IMG/VR virus record: IMGVR_UViG_3300029309_000035
Coordinates: 1 to 59,090 of that record
Direction: 5' to 3' (one strand)
Length of the DNA: 59,090 bases
Source of the DNA: a virus
Taxonomy: Duplodnaviria > Caudoviricetes
Shown: positions 55,425 through 59,090 of the stretch, piece by piece
Layout of the letters: every line of letters begins with the position of its first letter
Position numbering within the stretch: position 1 is the stretch's first letter
The notes under the pieces: generated by a model
The model's database searches: none
Told to the model about the DNA's origin: nothing
The model's input: the letters and a program-made list of their open reading frames with translations, nothing else
Program-made: the position numbers and the translations under genes

Positions 55425-56867
55425 ATGGTATTTCAAAATAATGTTCTTGCTGGTGGAGCTGGTGGATCAGGTACAACCGGATACACAATAGGGCAATCAA
55501 TTAGATTTAATTCTGATGATAGTGCATATATGCACAGAACACCATCTAGTTCAGGTAATAGAAAAACTTTTACAAGTAGTTGTTGGGTTAAATTAGGAGA
55601 TGCATTAGATAGCTCCTTTAGTTGTGCTTTACCTATGCCAACTGTAGCTCAAACAGCATCTTATGGTATGTATCTATCTGGAAATGATATTCAAATTTTT
55701 ATTTACTATACAGGTTCTGCTTGGCAAGGTCAGTTGTATACAAATAGAAAATTTAGAGACCCGTCAGCATGGTTCCATTTTGTTCTGGTAGTTGACACAA
55801 CTCAAGCAGTACCTACTGAAAGAGTTCGTTTTTATATTAATGGAACTAGAGAAACTGATTGGCAAATTGAAAACTATCCAAACCAAAATCAAGATACTGA
55901 TTGGAATAATAGTGGTGAAAAAATGGGAATAGGTGTTAATGCAAATGGTTTTGGTGGTAGCTTTGGTGAATACTATGCGGCAGAAATGGTGTACATAGAT
56001 GGCACTGCTTATGGTCCAGAAAATTTTGGCGAAACAAATAGTTCCGGGATATGGGTCCCCAAAGATGTCAGTGGTTTATCATTTGGTACGAATGGTTTTT
56101 ATATTGATGGTAGAGATAGTTCTGACCTTGGAGACGATGAGTCTGGACAAGGCAATGATTTTACAGTTGTGAATCTTGCCTCACACGACCAAGTTAGTGA
56201 CTCACCTTCAAATAATTTTGCAGTAATGAATCCATTAGATAATTATTATTTTGGCTCTACATTTTCAGAAGGTAATTTACAAGTTACAACACCAAATTCC
56301 GCTGTATACACATTTAATACATCTTCAATACTTGTATCATCTGGGAAATGGTATGTGGAATTTGAGGTGCATCATTATGATTCTAATTTGATAGGAGTAG
56401 CTGGTCAAGCAAGTGGAGGTACAACTCATGTATTAGGAACTAAAAATGACCAAGTTGGTTATTATGCACCAGATGGAAGTTATTATAAAAATAATTCTCA
56501 AACATCTTATGGTAATAGTTATGGTGCTGGTGATATAATTGGTGTTGCATTAGATTTAGATAATAGCAAATTATATTTTAGTAAAAATGGAACTTTTCAA
56601 AATAGTGGTGTTCCAACAAGTGGTGCAACTGGTACTGGGGCTATATCTATTCCAGCACCATCTGCAACTGTTGATGGTGGTTATAGATTTGCTTGTGGAG
56701 AATTTTCAAATAATTATGCTTCACATAATATAAATTTTGGGCAAGATGGAACTTTTAATGGTAATGTAACTGCTGGTGGTAATAGTGATGGTAATGGTCA
56801 TGGGAATTTTAAATATAGTGTACCAAGTGGATATTTGGCTTTGTGCACAAAAAATTTAGGGAGTTAA
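55425..56867 (+). CDS. tail fibre/receptor-binding protein with ConA-like lectin and SPRY domains
   Basis: SIRFN, FRDPSAWFH, FGTNGF, SGKWYVE, GDIIGVALDLD, INFGQ, PSGYLALC. Confidence 0.75.
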   Translation: MVFQNNVLAGGAGGSGTTGYTIGQSIRFNSDDSAYMHRTPSSSGNRKTFTSSCWVKLGDALDSSFSCALPMPTVAQTASYGMYLSGNDIQIFIYYTGSAWQGQLYTNRKFRDPSAWFHFVLVVDTTQAVPTERVRFYINGTRETDWQIENYPNQNQDTDWNNSGEKMGIGVNANGFGGSFGEYYAAEMVYIDGTAYGPENFGETNSSGIWVPKDVSGLSFGTNGFYIDGRDSSDLGDDESGQGNDFTVVNLASHDQVSDSPSNNFAVMNPLDNYYFGSTFSEGNLQVTTPNSAVYTFNTSSILVSSGKWYVEFEVHHYDSNLIGVAGQASGGTTHVLGTKNDQVGYYAPDGSYYKNNSQTSYGNSYGAGDIIGVALDLDNSKLYFSKNGTFQNSGVPTSGATGTGAISIPAPSATVDGGYRFACGEFSNNYASHNINFGQDGTFNGNVTAGGNSDGNGHGNFKYSVPSGYLALCTKNLGS

Positions 56868-56868
56868 T

Positions 56869-59090
56869 ATGGCAGCACCAACAATACCAAATGGCGAAGA
56901 ACATTTCTTTCCTGTAATTTATTCTGGCAATGGACAAGGACAACGTGCCGGAAAGTTCGTACCGTTTACTGATGACGGCACGATTGTTAATAGTTGTATG
57001 TTTAATAAAGCAGATAGTCCTAGACTAGCACGAACACCAGGTAGTGCTGGAAATAGAAAAACGTGGACATTTAGTGCTTGGATAAAAAGAACCATACTCG
57101 GAAGTCCTAGACATCAAATATTAACACAAACCCCTTCAAATGGAGCATCAGGAGATGTTTTAAATTTTAATACCGATAACACCATTAAATTTACAGATGC
57201 CACTTCTTCATACTATAATTTAATTACCAACGGAACATTTGAGGATACTTCAAAATGGTATCACGTTCTTTTGGCAGTTGACACAACTCAAGCAACAGCA
57301 TCAAACAGAGTAAAACTTTATGTAGATGGTAACCAAATAACAAGTTTTTCAACAGAAACATATCCCTCACAAGATTTTCAATACACAATAAATAATAGTG
57401 GTACTCCAATGAATGTTTATAGTGATTATGGTAGTTCAGGTGCTGAATATTCTGATGGTTATATTGCTGAAGTCAACATGGTAGATGGTCAAGCATTAAC
57501 ACCATCAACCTTTGGAGTTACTGATACCTCAACTGGCAGATGGATCCCAAAGACAGTAGTGCCATCACCTTCATCAACTTATACATATACGGTAACTGTT
57601 GTTAGTGGTAATCCATCAGACCATCCTTATTACAATTTTGGGTCAACAAATAAATATGCTATTGATGGATCTACAGCTACGGGAAATGTCGCCCTCCAAT
57701 TAGTTGAAGGTGCCACTTATAAATTTGACCAAAGTGATAGTTCAAATTCTGGACATCCATTACGATTTTCCACGACTCCAAACGGCAGTTGGGGTGGTGG
57801 TTCTGAATATACAACGGGAGTTACTACTAGTGGAACCCCCGGAAATAGTGGAGCTTATACACAGATTACTGTAGCTTCAGGTGCCCCTACTTTATATTAT
57901 TATTGTACTAATCATTCAGGCATGGGGTGGTCTGCCGAAACTCCAACCTCTGGAATTACCTATGGCACAAATGGATTTAGATTAAAGTTTCAAAATAGTT
58001 CAGCACTTGGAGATGATACCAGTGGAAAAACAAATGATTTTAGTGTTACAAATTTGACAGCATCTGATCAACGAACTAATACACCCACAAATAATCTACC
58101 TATTATGAGACCATATAATCCTAGTTATTCTCAAACATTAGCTGAAGGTAATTTAAAAACTACTACAGGTGGAACTAATGTCGGTTATCCAATGGTTCCA
58201 ACTTTACGACCCAAATCAGGTAAATATTATGCTGAATGTAGAGTAAGTGGTGATGGAGGTGGTAATACTGTAGACCTTGGGGTATATCTTCAAGAAGATA
58301 TGCATAATTATTCAAGTGGTAATTGGTACCCAGGAAATAATAATGGTAGTGGTTGGAACTCAATTACAGGTGGTTATGCAGGTAGAGGGTTTTATCAACA
58401 GCTAGGGGGCTCTAGCACTTATGTTCAATTTATTAGTGAAACTATTGGAGCAGGTGATGTCATAGGTATGGCTTTAGATATAGATAATGGTTTACTTTCA
58501 TATTATAATAACTCTGGAAGTTTAGTTGGAAGTGTGCCTTTTGACAATAACAAAACACCTATGTTTGCAGCTATGTCAAATACTAATATTACTTTCGATT
58601 GGAACTTTGGCGATAACGGCACATTTAATGGTAATGAGACGGCAGGTGGTAATAGTGATAGTGATGGTAATGGAAACTTTTATCATAGTGTTCCTAGTGG
58701 ATTTAAAATGCTAACCCAAGATAATATGCCAACCACAGATAGAGGTATCCCTGGACTTTCGTGGGTTAAGAATCGTGACCAGTCGAGTAACAGTCATGGA
58801 CTAATTGATTCAAGTCGTGGTCAAAGTAAAAATATATTTTCTAATTCTGATAGTCCAGAGCAAGATTATGATAAAAGAGGATTAGTAAAATTTTTAAAGG
58901 GTGGATATTCTTGTGGAGAATATCAATATATAAATGGAAGTGGTGATCGTTTAGTAAGCTGGAACTGGGCAGGAAATGGAGGAACCACTAGTACTAATAC
59001 TGATGGTTCAATCACAACAACCACCCAAGTTAATTCGACAGCTGGCTTCTCAATTATACAGTACACAGGGACAGAAGCTAATGCCACTAT
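56869..59090 (+). CDS. large tail fibre/lectin protein (ConA-like, cupredoxin-like and SPRY domains), truncated by the window end
   Basis: ATG at 56869 after GGAG; frame appears open to the end (absent from the ORF track); paralogous to 55425..56867. Confidence 0.8.
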   Translation, partial: MAAPTIPNGEEHFFPVIYSGNGQGQRAGKFVPFTDDGTIVNSCMFNKADSPRLARTPGSAGNRKTWTFSAWIKRTILGSPRHQILTQTPSNGASGDVLNFNTDNTIKFTDATSSYYNLITNGTFEDTSKWYHVLLAVDTTQATASNRVKLYVDGNQITSFSTETYPSQDFQYTINNSGTPMNVYSDYGSSGAEYSDGYIAEVNMVDGQALTPSTFGVTDTSTGRWIPKTVVPSPSSTYTYTVTVVSGNPSDHPYYNFGSTNKYAIDGSTATGNVALQLVEGATYKFDQSDSSNSGHPLRFSTTPNGSWGGGSEYTTGVTTSGTPGNSGAYTQITVASGAPTLYYYCTNHSGMGWSAETPTSGITYGTNGFRLKFQNSSALGDDTSGKTNDFSVTNLTASDQRTNTPTNNLPIMRPYNPSYSQTLAEGNLKTTTGGTNVGYPMVPTLRPKSGKYYAECRVSGDGGGNTVDLGVYLQEDMHNYSSGNWYPGNNNGSGWNSITGGYAGRGFYQQLGGSSTYVQFISETIGAGDVIGMALDIDNGLLSYYNNSGSLVGSVPFDNNKTPMFAAMSNTNITFDWNFGDNGTFNGNETAGGNSDSDGNGNFYHSVPSGFKMLTQDNMPTTDRGIPGLSWVKNRDQSSNSHGLIDSSRGQSKNIFSNSDSPEQDYDKRGLVKFLKGGYSCGEYQYINGSGDRLVSWNWAGNGGTTSTNTDGSITTTTQVNSTAGFSIIQYTGTEANAT

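Noticed and set aside
555-58714. Numerous 60-150 aa antisense or alternate-frame ORFs in the track (e.g. 7914..8261, 30290..30742, 45315..45773, 52446..52814, 58526..58714)
   Set aside because: They lie inside well-supported genes, lack RBS and motifs, and are consistent with shadow ORFs
55425-59090. Diversity-generating retroelement acting on paralogous tail lectins
   Set aside because: No reverse transcriptase and no near-identical TR/VR pair differing at adenines seen; the similarity is ordinary paralogy
1-59090. Prophage/integrase, alternative genetic code, inteins or introns
   Set aside because: No integrase or host genes; long genes are intact in the standard code; Pol, RNR, TerL and helicase have normal lengths

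Overview
Nearly complete genome (~59 kb, AT-rich) of a lytic, podovirus-like tailed dsDNA phage of the marine uvMED/pelagiphage type. An alphaproteobacterial host is inferred from a PqqA of alphaproteobacterial type and AGAAAG-type ribosome binding sites. The window is permuted: it starts and ends inside what appears to be the same tail lectin gene, with a short gap. The plus strand carries terminase, portal, scaffold, GroES, capsid, tail and internal virion genes (35838-59090 and 1-12560), then a glycosyltransferase cluster, a holin and a pqqA mini-gene (12624-17269). The minus strand carries a methyltransferase cassette, small early genes and a T7-like replication module (primase-helicase, Pol A, SSB, exo/endonucleases, class II RNR). 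I found no RNA polymerase, integrase or tRNA. Main highlights: (1) a PQQ precursor peptide gene missed by the ORF track, with its own sigma70 promoter and structured leader; (2) the ssb terminator loop is antisense to the shared RBS of the early genes, suggesting an RNA-based early shut-off; (3) the portal is fused to a pesticin-type muramidase that has its own internal RBS; (4) blue-copper-like motifs occur in two virion proteins; (5) a dispersed glycan-tailoring toolkit. All family assignments come from motif recognition by eye, not database searches.
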